NCBI GenBank assembly: GCA_035708065.1
Contig: DASSTC010000049.1
Coordinates: 1,694 to 65,693 of the forward strand
Origin: Candidatus Limnocylindria bacterium
Lineage (GTDB): Bacteria; Chloroflexota; Limnocylindria; QHBO01
DNA: 64,000 nucleotides
Reading direction: 5' to 3'
Shown piece by piece: positions 46,685 to 63,491 of the stretch (positions are counted from its first letter, which is position 1; every line of letters begins with the position of its first letter). The notes under the pieces were generated by a model that ran no database searches, was not told the origin of the DNA, and was given only the letters and a program-made list of their open reading frames with translations. The position numbers and the translations under genes are program-made.

Positions 46685-49503
46685 CCGCGCGACGCGTCCT
46701 GGTCATCGGCTCCGGACCGATCCTCATCGGCCAGGCCGCGGAGTTCGACTACGCCGGGGTGCAGGCCTGCCTGGCGCTGCGTGGCGAGGGCGTCGAGACG
46801 ATCCTGGTCAACTCGAACCCGGCGACGGTGATGACCGACCCGGACGTCGGCGGCACGGTGATCATCGGTCCGCTGACGCTCGACAACCTGACGCGCGTCA
46901 TCGAGGAGCACCACCCCGATGCGGTCCTGCCCACGCTCGGCGGCCAGACGGGGCTCAACCTGGCGGTCGCCCTCGACGATGCCGGCGTCCTGGCGCGCCA
47001 CGCCATCGAGGTGCTGGGCACGCCACTGGCGGCGGTCCGTGCCGCGGAGGACCGCGGCGGGTTCCGCGACCTGGTGATCGGCATCGGTGAGCCGGTGCCC
47101 GAGAGTGCGGTGGTCGAGAGCGTCGAGGACGGGATGCGCTTCGTCTCGGCGCTCGGCGCATCGGTCGTGATCAGGCCGGCGTTCACGCTGGGCGGCGGCG
47201 GTGGCGGCTTCGCCCACAGTCCCGAAGAGGCGCGGCAGCGCATCGCTCACGGGCTGGCGGCGAGTCCCATCGGCCAGGTCCTCGTCGAGCGCAGCCTGCT
47301 CGGCTGGAAGGAGATCGAGTTCGAGGTGCTGCGCGATGCGGCGGACACCGCCATCGCCATCTGCGGCATGGAGAATTTCGACCCGATGGGCGTCCACACC
47401 GGCGACTCGATCGTCGTGGCGCCGATCCAGACGCTGCCCGACCCGGTGATCCAGCGCCTGCGCCGCTGCGCGCTGAAGATCGTGCGTGCCCTGAAGCTGG
47501 AGGGCGGCTGCAACGTGCAGCTGGCGGTATCGCCGGATGGCTCGGACTACCGCGTCATCGAGGTCAACCCACGGGTGTCGCGCTCGTCGGCGCTGGCCTC
47601 GAAGGCGACCGGCTACCCGATCGCGCGCATCGCTGCCCTCATCGCCCTGGGCAAGCGCCTCGACGAGATGCCGAACCCGGCCACCGGCGGCAACAGTGCC
47701 GCCTTCGAGCCGGCGGTCGACTACGTCGTCGTCAAGCTGCCCCGCTGGCCGTTCGACAAGTTCCCGAGCGCCGACCGCTCCCTGGGCGTGCAGATGAAGG
47801 CCACCGGCGAGGCGATGGGCATCGATCGCGACTTCGACGCCGCCCTGCTCAAGGCGATCCGCTCGCTGGAGCCACGTGGCCGCGGCTGGTTGTGGGAGGA
47901 CCCCGATTGGAATCTCGAGTACGCCGTCCCGCCTGACCTCGACCGATTCCTGGCGCCGTCCGATACGCGCCTGTGGCGCATGGTCGCGCTGCTGCGCCAC
48001 GGCTGGACCGATGCCGCCCGCTTGTCGGCGCTCACCGGGGTCGCACCCTGGTTCACCGAGCGGCTGGCCGAGATGGTCGAGGCCGAGCGACGCGTCGTCG
48101 GTGCGCCGCTCATCGAGGCGAAGCGCGCCGGCTTTGGCGACGCCGAGATCGCGCAGCTCTCCGGCGTGCCGTCGGTCGCCGTCCGTCGCGCGCGAGTCCG
48201 CGCCGGCATCGTGCCGGTCTACCGCCGTGTCGACACGTGCGCCGGCGAGTTCCCGGCGGAGACGCCCTACTTCTACAGCTCGTACGCGCGTGCCGAGGTG
48301 CCGCCACCGTCCGACCGGCGCAGCGTCATCGTCGTGGGATCCGGCCCGATCCGCATCGGTCAGGGGATCGAGTTCGACTACTGCTCGGTGCGCGCTGCCT
48401 GGGCGATCCGTGACCTCGGCCTGGATGCGGTGGTGATCAACAACAATCCCGAGACCGTCTCGACCGACTACGACGCCTGCTCACGGCTCTACTTCGAGCC
48501 GCTCGACACCGAGAGCGTGCTCGACGTCATCGACCATGAGCGGGCGCTGACCGGCGAGCCGCCGATCGTGGTGCTCACCTTCGGCGGGCAGACGGCGATC
48601 GACCTCGCCAAGGACCTGGCGTACGCCGGCGTGCCGATCGCCGGGCTGGGCGCCGAGGCGATCGAGATCACCGAGGACCGCGAGCGGTTCGCCGGGCTGC
48701 TCGACGAGCTCGGCCTGACCGGGCCGCGCGGGATGCTGGCCGCGAACGCGGGCGAGCTGCGTGCCGCGGTGGATGCGCTGGGCCTGCCGGTGATCGTGCG
48801 GCCCTCGTGGGTCATCGGTGGGCGCGGGATCGCGGTGCTGCGCTCCGACGCGGATGTCGACGCGCTGCTGCGGACGCAGGTTGGCTGGCCGCTGCGCGTC
48901 GACGAGCTGATCGATGGGACCGAGCTCGACGTCGACGCGATCAGCGACGGCGAGGCGTGGTGCGTGCCGGGCATTCTCGAGCAGCTCGATCCGCCGGGCG
49001 TCCACTCCGGCGACAGCTACGCGGTCGTCCCGCCGCAGAGCCTGTCGCGCGGGGTGCAGGAGCGTGCCGCAGCAGCAGCCGGTCGGATCGCGACCGCGCT
49101 CGGGCTGCGCGGCATCCTCAACGTGCAGATGATCGTCTCCGGCGAGCGGGTCGTCGTGATCGAGGCCAACCCCCGCGCTTCGCGGACCGTCCCGGTCGTC
49201 GCCAAGGTGACGCAGCGCGACATCGTCGCGGCGGCGGTGCGCTGCGCCCTGGGCGCGTCGCTCGCCGACGTCGGGCTCGTGCCCGGGCTGCTGCCCGACG
49301 CGCCGCTCGTCGCCGTGAAGGCGCCGGTCAGCTCGCTGTGGCGGTTGCCGGGGGTCGATGGGACGCTCGGCCCGGAGATGCGCTCGACCGGCGAGGTGAT
49401 CGGGCTGTCGCAGTCGTATGCGGTCGCGCTGGCGGCGGCGCGGGAGGCGGTCGCCGCCCACGACCCGACCGGTGCGAGGGAGTCAGCGCCCACCCGGGCA
49501 TGA
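46681..49503 (+). CDS. carB: carbamoyl-phosphate synthase large subunit, lacking the C-terminal MGS-like allosteric domain
   Basis: Two ATP-grasp halves (VLVIGSGPILIGQAAEFDY ... and VIVVGSGPIRIGQGIEFDY ...), GPEMRSTGEV. Ends ~25 aa after the second synthetase domain (940 aa against ~1070 typical). Confidence 0.9.
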   Translation: MTARRVLVIGSGPILIGQAAEFDYAGVQACLALRGEGVETILVNSNPATVMTDPDVGGTVIIGPLTLDNLTRVIEEHHPDAVLPTLGGQTGLNLAVALDDAGVLARHAIEVLGTPLAAVRAAEDRGGFRDLVIGIGEPVPESAVVESVEDGMRFVSALGASVVIRPAFTLGGGGGGFAHSPEEARQRIAHGLAASPIGQVLVERSLLGWKEIEFEVLRDAADTAIAICGMENFDPMGVHTGDSIVVAPIQTLPDPVIQRLRRCALKIVRALKLEGGCNVQLAVSPDGSDYRVIEVNPRVSRSSALASKATGYPIARIAALIALGKRLDEMPNPATGGNSAAFEPAVDYVVVKLPRWPFDKFPSADRSLGVQMKATGEAMGIDRDFDAALLKAIRSLEPRGRGWLWEDPDWNLEYAVPPDLDRFLAPSDTRLWRMVALLRHGWTDAARLSALTGVAPWFTERLAEMVEAERRVVGAPLIEAKRAGFGDAEIAQLSGVPSVAVRRARVRAGIVPVYRRVDTCAGEFPAETPYFYSSYARAEVPPPSDRRSVIVVGSGPIRIGQGIEFDYCSVRAAWAIRDLGLDAVVINNNPETVSTDYDACSRLYFEPLDTESVLDVIDHERALTGEPPIVVLTFGGQTAIDLAKDLAYAGVPIAGLGAEAIEITEDRERFAGLLDELGLTGPRGMLAANAGELRAAVDALGLPVIVRPSWVIGGRGIAVLRSDADVDALLRTQVGWPLRVDELIDGTELDVDAISDGEAWCVPGILEQLDPPGVHSGDSYAVVPPQSLSRGVQERAAAAAGRIATALGLRGILNVQMIVSGERVVVIEANPRASRTVPVVAKVTQRDIVAAAVRCALGASLADVGLVPGLLPDAPLVAVKAPVSSLWRLPGVDGTLGPEMRSTGEVIGLSQSYAVALAAAREAVAAHDPTGARESAPTRA

Positions 49504-49745
49504 AGGGAGGGCCGTCGCGGTTCCAGTACGGAGGGTCCTGGAACCACAACGGCCCTCATGAAGACGCTGATTGCGAACGCCCGACCGACGAGGGTGAGGT
49601 CTCTAGCGTCACCGCTGGCCCGAGCTTCCGTTGGTGACAACCATCGCCCGAGGGTGTCGGCGGGATATGGTCCGCTCTGCGTCTACGACGCGCCGAGTCA
49701 GCACGTTGCGTGCCAAGCAGCGTGGTGACCGGCTGTGACCGGTGC

Positions 49746-50399
49746 TCAGCGGCGCCGGCGTTGCGGGGTGCCGGGTCGCGGCTCTGCCATCCTGCGACGA
49801 AGGTAGCCGCCGTAAAAGCCGGCAACCACGCCGATGACCGCCTGGAAGAGACCGCTGAGCGTAAGGCTGATCGCGACGGAACTGATCGGCGCCGATGGCG
49901 GCACCTCGATCCAGCCGGTCGGAAGCCCGATGACGAGGAAGAGCAGATAGCCGAACACCGAGGCAGCGAGCCCGAACGCCCATGGCCGCTGCCAGCCGAT
50001 CCAGCCGGCTGCGATCAGCACGACGAAGGACAGAATCGATGCAATGGAGTACAGCAGCTGTGTGCCCGGCCTGAACATGATCAGGTAGCAGAGACCGAAC
50101 AGGACGCCCGCTGCGATCCATGGCAGGGGATGCTGCCGCAGCAGGTAGAGGGTGGACACGAGGCGCGGCCATCGGCCCTGATAGCCGAAGCCCGCGAGCG
50201 GGTCCGGCTTGCCGCGGAGTGGCGGCGCCGGCGGGAAGATCCGCTGCAGGAAGCCGCCCTGTGGAGCGGCGCGTCGGCTGTTCGCGGCGGCGGATGACTC
50301 GTCGTCGGTTGGCTCGAGTTCGGCGTCCTGGGACGCGGATCGGGCGCGGCGACGCGCTTCCGCCCGCGACGCTGCGTCGCGTCGGGATCGGTTCGACAT
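49746..50399 (-). CDS. hypothetical membrane protein with a basic N-terminus
   Basis: 217 aa from ATG 50399; four predicted TM helices; good GC3 bias. Confidence 0.55.
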   Translation of the reverse strand: MSNRSRRDAASRAEARRRARSASQDAELEPTDDESSAAANSRRAAPQGGFLQRIFPPAPPLRGKPDPLAGFGYQGRWPRLVSTLYLLRQHPLPWIAAGVLFGLCYLIMFRPGTQLLYSIASILSFVVLIAAGWIGWQRPWAFGLAASVFGYLLFLVIGLPTGWIEVPPSAPISSVAISLTLSGLFQAVIGVVAGFYGGYLRRRMAEPRPGTPQRRRR

Positions 50400-50511
50400 G
50401 GGCGGCGATTGTACGCGACGCGGACGGTCAGGGCCGGAGTGAGGCGATAAGCGGACGGTAAGTGGACGGTAACGGCCCATCAGGCATGCTGTCGGCCTGC
50501 CGCCTCCGACA

Positions 50512-53112
50512 GTGAGGTGTGCCGTGCCCGTCCGTCCGTCATCCGTCAGCCGCTCGCGGCTCGTCCCGATCGCAGCCGCGCTGCTGACCGTCCTGCTCGG
50601 CGTCGGGCAGGTCCGCGCGATGTGGCAGGCGGTCGATCCGCTGGTCGCCCAGCTCGGCGAGCCAGCCGGTCATCTCGTCGTCAGCGAGCTGATGACCGGC
50701 GCGGCGAGCGCATCGGACGAGTTCGTCGAGCTCCATAACCCAACGACCTCGGCGCTGCCCCTGGAAGGGCTTGAGCTGATCTACGTGACGGCCAGCGGGG
50801 CGACCGTGACGCGCAAGGCCGCCTGGGCGGTTGGGGCTCCGAGCGTGCCCTCGGGCGGCCACCTGCTCATCGCCAATGAGGCCGGGGCATACGCCGCGAT
50901 TGCCGATGTGACGTACGCGAGCGGCCTGGCAGCGACCGGCGGCAGCATCGCGCTGCGCATCCAGGGCGCCAGCACCGCCATCGACGCGGTCGGCTGGGGG
51001 AACGCCGTCAGTACCTGGCTGGAGGGAACCGTTGCCCCGGCACCCGCGGCCGGCAGCAGTCTCGAACGCCTGCCCGGCGGTGTCGCGGGCAGCTTCCAGG
51101 ACACCGATGACAACGTCATCGACTTCACCGTTCGGACCGTACCGGATCCGCAGAACAGCAATTCACCGATCACCCCTGCGCCGTCGCCGTCGCTCTCGGC
51201 CACGCCGTCGCCAACATCGGAGGCGACGCCATCAGCGACGGTCGCGCCCACAGCCACGCTGCCTGCCACCCCGAGCCCGACGCCACCGACGACGTCGACG
51301 CCAACGGCCGAGCCCACGCAGTCGCCCTCCACGCCACCGACCCCAACTCCATCGCCCACCCCACGCCCGCTGACCACCATCGCCGACGCGCGGCTGCTCC
51401 CCGACGGCAGCAGCGTCACGCTTCACGGAATGACCCTGACCGACTCCGCGTTCACCGATGGCGGCGGCTACCTGGCCGATGCCAGCGGAGGCATTGCCGT
51501 CCTCCTCAGCGACGGCGCCTTCGGGCGCGGCCGAGAGATCGAGGTGACCGGCGTCCTCGACACGCGCTACCAGCAGCGAACGCTGCGCGCCGGCATCGTT
51601 GACATTGACGACTTGGGGACCGGCAGCGAGCCGACGCCGCTGCGTGTGGCGACCGGCAACGTCGGCGAGGGGACCGAAGCCGTGCTGGTTCGCATCGAGG
51701 GCGAAATCGTGTCGTCGGCGACGGTGCTCGCCAGCGGCACAGCCTTCGACGTCGACGATGGGTCCGGTGCGACGCGCGTGCTGCTGATGACATCCGCCGG
51801 CCTCGACACCGCCGCGTGGAGCCGCGGGACGATGGTCGCCGTCGTCGGCGTGGTCGGGCAGCGCGACGCCACCGGAACCGGCTCGTCGGGCTATCGCGTG
51901 CAGCCGCGCGACGCGGCTGATGTCTCGTTCCCGCCGCCCCCGGCAACGCCGTCACCGATTCCGACGCCGTCGGCAAGCAACACGCCCGCACCGACCGCGA
52001 CGCCGGCACCCACCAGCTCGCCCACGCCGACCCCCGCCCCCGGTGTTCCCCTCACCTCCATTGCGGAGGCACGCTCGGCTGCGACTGGCGCCAGCGTTCG
52101 TGTCCGCGGCGTCGTCACGTTGGCCGACCGCCTGATCGATCCGGTGACCGCGGTGATCCAGGACCCGAGCGCCGCCATCGTCCTGCGGCTGAGCGACGAG
52201 GCCGGCAGCCTGCGCCTCGGCCAGCTGGTCGAGGTGACCGGCAAGCGCTCGACGAAGAGCGGCATGCTCACCATTCGCGTCTCCGATCAACCCCTCCAGC
52301 TCGGGACGCAGGCAGAGCCCGATGCGGCCCGGGCGTCGACCTCGGCCCTCGGCGAGGACCTCGAGAGCCGACTGGTCGTGACACGCGGCGCGCTGACCGG
52401 AGCGCCTCGGCGCTCCTCCGCGGGGAGCATCTCGTTCGCCATCGATGACGGCAGCGGCGAGGTGCGCGTCGTTGTCTTCGCCGGAAGCGGGATCGACCTC
52501 GGCGCAATGGCCGGCGGCACATGGATCGAGGTGCGCGGCGTCCTGGGCCAGGACACGACCGGCAGCCAGCCGCTGCGCGGCTACCGCGTATGGCCCCGTT
52601 CGGGTTCGGATCTCAGCGTGCTCGGCCAACCGCCGGCAGCTGCCGGCGGGACCGGCTCGGCGCACCCGACACCACCACCGCCCCGTCAGCCGGCCCCCGG
52701 CGCTGTGCGGCTCACTCGGCTCGACACCGCGGATCCGCTCGCGCCGCCCGCGACGGACGCGGCGATTCCGTCGACGCGTCGCGGAACAGCCTCGAACGAG
52801 GACGAGATCGCATCGGCAGCCGATCCACTGGCGATGCCCGCCGAGCGTTCCGAACCGCGCGACCCACTGACCGTGATCGGTGTGCTCGCCCTTGCACTGG
52901 CCGCACTCGCGGGCCTCTCGTTCGTCGCCTGGCGCGATGGCGTGTTCGCTCGCCTGGGGTCCCTCGTGAGGTCTCGCGGTGTGGCGATGGCGTCGGAGGA
53001 GGGAGACAGCGACGCCGTCACGCCGGCGTCAGAAGCGTCGGCCGGCGAGCTCCTCGCGCCGCTGCCTCGGCTGAGCGTGATCCGGGTGCCGCACGAGCAG
53101 AGCGGGCCGTGA
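50512..53112 (+). CDS. cell-surface protein: signal peptide, lamin-tail domain (LTD), Pro/Thr/Ser linkers, three OB-fold-like repeats, C-terminal TM anchor
   Basis: LTD signature VVSELMTGAASASDEFVELHNPT ... GGHLLIAN; repeated ~90-aa beta-rich modules (LHGMTLTD..GGGYLADASGGIAVLL / VRGVVTL..VIQDPSAAIVLRL / TRGALTG..GSISFAIDDGSGEVRVVV); PTPSPT linkers; hydrophobic anchor LTVIGVLALALAALAGLSFVAW. Confidence 0.7.
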   Translation: MRCAVPVRPSSVSRSRLVPIAAALLTVLLGVGQVRAMWQAVDPLVAQLGEPAGHLVVSELMTGAASASDEFVELHNPTTSALPLEGLELIYVTASGATVTRKAAWAVGAPSVPSGGHLLIANEAGAYAAIADVTYASGLAATGGSIALRIQGASTAIDAVGWGNAVSTWLEGTVAPAPAAGSSLERLPGGVAGSFQDTDDNVIDFTVRTVPDPQNSNSPITPAPSPSLSATPSPTSEATPSATVAPTATLPATPSPTPPTTSTPTAEPTQSPSTPPTPTPSPTPRPLTTIADARLLPDGSSVTLHGMTLTDSAFTDGGGYLADASGGIAVLLSDGAFGRGREIEVTGVLDTRYQQRTLRAGIVDIDDLGTGSEPTPLRVATGNVGEGTEAVLVRIEGEIVSSATVLASGTAFDVDDGSGATRVLLMTSAGLDTAAWSRGTMVAVVGVVGQRDATGTGSSGYRVQPRDAADVSFPPPPATPSPIPTPSASNTPAPTATPAPTSSPTPTPAPGVPLTSIAEARSAATGASVRVRGVVTLADRLIDPVTAVIQDPSAAIVLRLSDEAGSLRLGQLVEVTGKRSTKSGMLTIRVSDQPLQLGTQAEPDAARASTSALGEDLESRLVVTRGALTGAPRRSSAGSISFAIDDGSGEVRVVVFAGSGIDLGAMAGGTWIEVRGVLGQDTTGSQPLRGYRVWPRSGSDLSVLGQPPAAAGGTGSAHPTPPPPRQPAPGAVRLTRLDTADPLAPPATDAAIPSTRRGTASNEDEIASAADPLAMPAERSEPRDPLTVIGVLALALAALAGLSFVAWRDGVFARLGSLVRSRGVAMASEEGDSDAVTPASEASAGELLAPLPRLSVIRVPHEQSGP

Positions 53113-53223
53113 GCGTGGCACGCGCTCACGGCACGCTCGTGCACGCGTATACTCCCGCGGATCCGAGCGTTCCTCGTCGCGAGCCGGGGGCGCAGGCCTG
53201 AACACGCGCGGAGTGCCTGCCGC

Positions 53224-54084
53224 TTGACACAACCGACCGCCGACCTGTCGCGCGCCGACGCGCCGCGCAGCGGCGACCGCCAGTACCACGTGGACCTGGA
53301 GCGCGGCGAGCTCGCGGAGTACGTGCTGCTCGTTGGTGACCCCGGCCGCGTGGCGAAGGTGGCGAGCCACTTCGACAGCGTGACCCTCGAGCGCAGCAAT
53401 CGCGAGATCACGACGGCCACCGGCACGTACCGCGGCATGCCGCTGAGCGTGATGTCGACCGGGATGGGAACCGACAACGTCGAGATCGTGCTCGCCGAGG
53501 TGATGGAGATCACCGATGCGCCGACGTTCATCCGCATCGGCTCGTCGGGGGCGCTGCAGCCGGAGATCGCGCTCGGGGACCTGGTGATCTCCACCGGGGC
53601 GGTGCGGCTCGAGAACACGACGGCGTTCTACGTGCGCGATGGGTACCCGGCGATCGCCCATCGCGACGTGGTCTGGGCGCTCGAATCGGCCTGTCGTGAG
53701 CTGGGCTTGGCGTACCACATCGGGCTGACGGCGACGGCCAGCGGGTTTTTCGCGCCGCAGGGGCGCCAGATGCGCACGCTCCCGGTTCGCTATCCTGAGC
53801 TCGCGGAGGAGCTGCGGCGCGAAGGCGTCGCGAACCTCGAAATGGAATCCTCGGCCCTGTTCATCCTCGCCGGGTTGGCAGGGCTCCGATCGGGAACGAT
53901 CTGCGCGGCCTATGCGCAGCGTACCGACGGCACGTTCCTCGAAGGCGCGGCGAAGGAGGCCGCGGAGGCACGCTGTATCGATGCCGGGCTGGCCGGCATC
54001 CACCTGCTCTGGACGATTGATTCAGGGGACACCGGCGACGCACACGCGCGTTGGGCTTCCCTGGTCGGGCGGCAGGGCCGGTGA
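53224..54084 (+). CDS. purine/uridine nucleoside phosphorylase (PNP/UDP family 1)
   Basis: LLVGDPGRV ... MSTGMGTDNVEIV ... IRIGSSGA ... EMESSALF motifs of PNP_UDP_1; start (TTG 53224) uncertain. Confidence 0.75.
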   Translation: MTQPTADLSRADAPRSGDRQYHVDLERGELAEYVLLVGDPGRVAKVASHFDSVTLERSNREITTATGTYRGMPLSVMSTGMGTDNVEIVLAEVMEITDAPTFIRIGSSGALQPEIALGDLVISTGAVRLENTTAFYVRDGYPAIAHRDVVWALESACRELGLAYHIGLTATASGFFAPQGRQMRTLPVRYPELAEELRREGVANLEMESSALFILAGLAGLRSGTICAAYAQRTDGTFLEGAAKEAAEARCIDAGLAGIHLLWTIDSGDTGDAHARWASLVGRQGR

Positions 54085-54140
54085 GCATCAACGGCACACC
54101 CGGCACCTGAAAAGCCGGAAAGAAGGAGGCAACTGACCAA

Positions 54141-54284
54141 TGGCGACCGAGGCCTATTGCGTGAAGTGCAAGGCAAAGCGCGAGATGAAGAACGAGAACA
54201 AGATCACGATGAAGAACGGCAAGCCGGCGACTGAGGGCACCTGCCCCGTCTGCGGCACCAAGATGTTCAAGATCGGCGGCTGAT
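54141..54284 (+). CDS. DUF5679-like 47-aa zinc-ribbon mini-protein (not in the ORF table because it is under 60 aa)
   Basis: AAGGAGG SD 10 nt upstream of the ATG; MATEAYCVKCKAKREMKNENKITMKNGKPATEGTCPVCGTKMFKIGG with CxxC ... CxxC; Lys-rich with a locally lower GC. Confidence 0.65.
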
Positions 54285-54382
54285 CGCTCGTTCGTAGCTC
54301 TCCACGGCCGCCCGCGCCGTCCGCCGCAAGCCGGCGGGCCGCCCGGGCGGCCGTTTGCGTGCCACCCGGCTAGAATGCCGAC

Positions 54383-56418
<2,036 letters not shown>

Positions 56419-56425
56419 CCGGCCC

Positions 56426-59435
<3,010 letters not shown>

Positions 59436-59710
59436 GTGGGGTCCTCAGCGGGGGATGAGCATGCAAATCGCGCCTCATCGCGAGGCGCCGGTCGGTCAGT
59501 ATAGCATCGGTGGCGCGGTGCGCCAAAACGGGCTACTCGACAGACGGCCGCCCAGCGGCGATACTGCGCCCGCGCCGGGTTTGCAGCGCCCGCCGCAACC
59601 ATTCGCGCGACTCAGACGTCAGTAGGGGAGACAACTCCGGCAGTGCCTGCCGAGACCATGCAGCCCGAGCACTCCGGCGACGCACCGCGTTCCGCTCGCA
59701 CCGTGAGCCG

Positions 59711-61603
59711 ATGACGACCACCACCCTGACCACACCCCGCCTGCACCCCGGATCGGTTCTCGGAACGCCGTCGGGACGGCGCGCCGCACTCCTCGGTTTC
59801 GTCGCGACCCTGCTCCTCGCCCTGCTACTGCTGGTCGGCGCGTCGCTGGCGGTCGACATCACCAGTCGCGGCGCGATCATGCCGGGCGTCAGCGTGGCGG
59901 GTGCGAATCTCGGAGGACTCACGCGCAGCCAGGCGGCGGACCGACTGAACGCGTCGCTGCCATCGCTCAGCAGCGGTACGGCGACGGTCGTCGTCGACGG
60001 CCAGCCGGTGAGCGTGCCATACGCCCGCATCGGGCGCGGCTACGAGACCGACGCCATGCTCGATGCCGCCCTCGGTGTGGCGCGCGACGGCAATCCACTG
60101 TCGGATGGGATCGCTCGCCTCCGCACGCTCTTGCGGGGGACCTCCATTCCGGTCCAGGTGCACGCCTATGACGCCGATGCCATCGATGCCGTGGTCGCCG
60201 AGATCGGCCAGCGCTTCGCCCGCCAGCCGGTCGCCGCGACGGTGGAGAGCGTTGACCAGGGCTTCGAGGTGACGCCCGCGAGCGATGGTGCGCGGCTCGA
60301 TGACGCCGCGCTGCGCGCGCAGCTGGCTGCGGCGGTCGACACCCCGAATCCGGCAGACGTGACGATCTCGATGGCGACGGTCCGCGTGCCGGCGATGGTC
60401 AGCACCGTCGACGCCCAGGCGGTGGCGCGTCGAGCCGAGGCGATGATCGCCGAGCCGCTCGAGCTCGACGTGGCGGACGACGATCCGTTGAAGCTGAGCG
60501 TCAAGCAGCTGCGCGCGCTGGTTGCCTTCGAGAAGGTGGCCGGCAGCCCCTACGGCGTGCATCTGGATGTCGTTGGCCTGCGGAAGCAGCTCGACAAGTT
60601 CGGCGATGAGGTCTCGCGCAAGCCGCGCGACGCGACGTTCGTCTTCGGCGCGAACGGGATCACCGGCGTCAAGCCGGCAGTCGATGGCCGCGAGCTCGAC
60701 ATCGATGCCTCGGTCGCATCGATCAGCGCCGCCCTCGTCGCCCGTGGCGACGGGACGCCGACGCCGAAGGCCGAGCTGGTGATGAGCGTCACGCCCGCGC
60801 CGCTGAGCACCAAGGCGGCCGAGGCGGCGGTATCCAAGATGCGCCGCTTCTCGACCTGGACGACGTGGTACGTGCCGGGCGAGAGCAACTACTGGGGCGC
60901 GAACATCAGCATCCCGGCACGCGACCTCGACGGCTACGTGCTCGGCCCCGGCGAGTGGTTCAGCTTCTGGAACGGCATCGGCCCGGTGAGCACCTCGCGC
61001 GGCTATGGGTACGGCGGCGTGATCATCAACGGCCGGAGCTATCCGACCGGGGCGCTGGCCGGCGGCATCTGCTCGACCTCGACCACGCTGTTCAACGCGG
61101 CGATGCGGGCGGGTCTGGAGATCGGCGACCGGACGAACCACTCTTACTACATCACGCGCTACCCGGTCGGCCTGGACGCGACGGTGCTGAAGACCGATAC
61201 GTCGGTCACCGACATGACGTTCCGCAATGACACTCAGAACCCGATCGTCATCCGCTCCTACACCGGCAGCGGCTTCGTCCGTTTCGACCTGTGGGGCGTG
61301 CCGGACGGTCGCACGGTCAGCCTGTCGAAAGCATCGACCTCGAACCACGTCTCGGCGCGCGACACCACGGTCGTCAACCCGAACATGAAGCCGGGCACCG
61401 CCAAGCGCGTCGAGTACCCGCATGACGGCTTCCATGCCGTGGTGTCGCGGACGGTGCGAGCCAAGGACGGCAGCGTGCTGCACCACGACGTGTGGGAGAG
61501 CTTCTACCGCGTGGTGAACGGCATCACCGAGGTCGGACCGACGCCCAAGGCGCCTCCTCCGCCGCCGTCGGCCTCCCCGAGCCCCAGCCCGTCGGGCGGC
61601 TGA
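59711..61603 (+). CDS. VanW family protein (N-terminal TM anchor, C-terminal Pro-rich tail)
   Basis: VanW-domain region [31 protein letters not shown] ... [20 protein letters not shown]; start taken at ATG 59711. Confidence 0.75.
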   Translation: MTTTTLTTPRLHPGSVLGTPSGRRAALLGFVATLLLALLLLVGASLAVDITSRGAIMPGVSVAGANLGGLTRSQAADRLNASLPSLSSGTATVVVDGQPVSVPYARIGRGYETDAMLDAALGVARDGNPLSDGIARLRTLLRGTSIPVQVHAYDADAIDAVVAEIGQRFARQPVAATVESVDQGFEVTPASDGARLDDAALRAQLAAAVDTPNPADVTISMATVRVPAMVSTVDAQAVARRAEAMIAEPLELDVADDDPLKLSVKQLRALVAFEKVAGSPYGVHLDVVGLRKQLDKFGDEVSRKPRDATFVFGANGITGVKPAVDGRELDIDASVASISAALVARGDGTPTPKAELVMSVTPAPLSTKAAEAAVSKMRRFSTWTTWYVPGESNYWGANISIPARDLDGYVLGPGEWFSFWNGIGPVSTSRGYGYGGVIINGRSYPTGALAGGICSTSTTLFNAAMRAGLEIGDRTNHSYYITRYPVGLDATVLKTDTSVTDMTFRNDTQNPIVIRSYTGSGFVRFDLWGVPDGRTVSLSKASTSNHVSARDTTVVNPNMKPGTAKRVEYPHDGFHAVVSRTVRAKDGSVLHHDVWESFYRVVNGITEVGPTPKAPPPPPSASPSPSPSGG

Positions 61604-61676
61604 CGCCGCAGCGTCAGTCGAGCGCGCGCCGCGCCGCCGGCGGCTCGCCGCATCGGTCTTCGATAGACTCGGCCCG

Positions 61677-63487
<1,811 letters not shown>

Positions 63488-63491
<4 letters not shown>

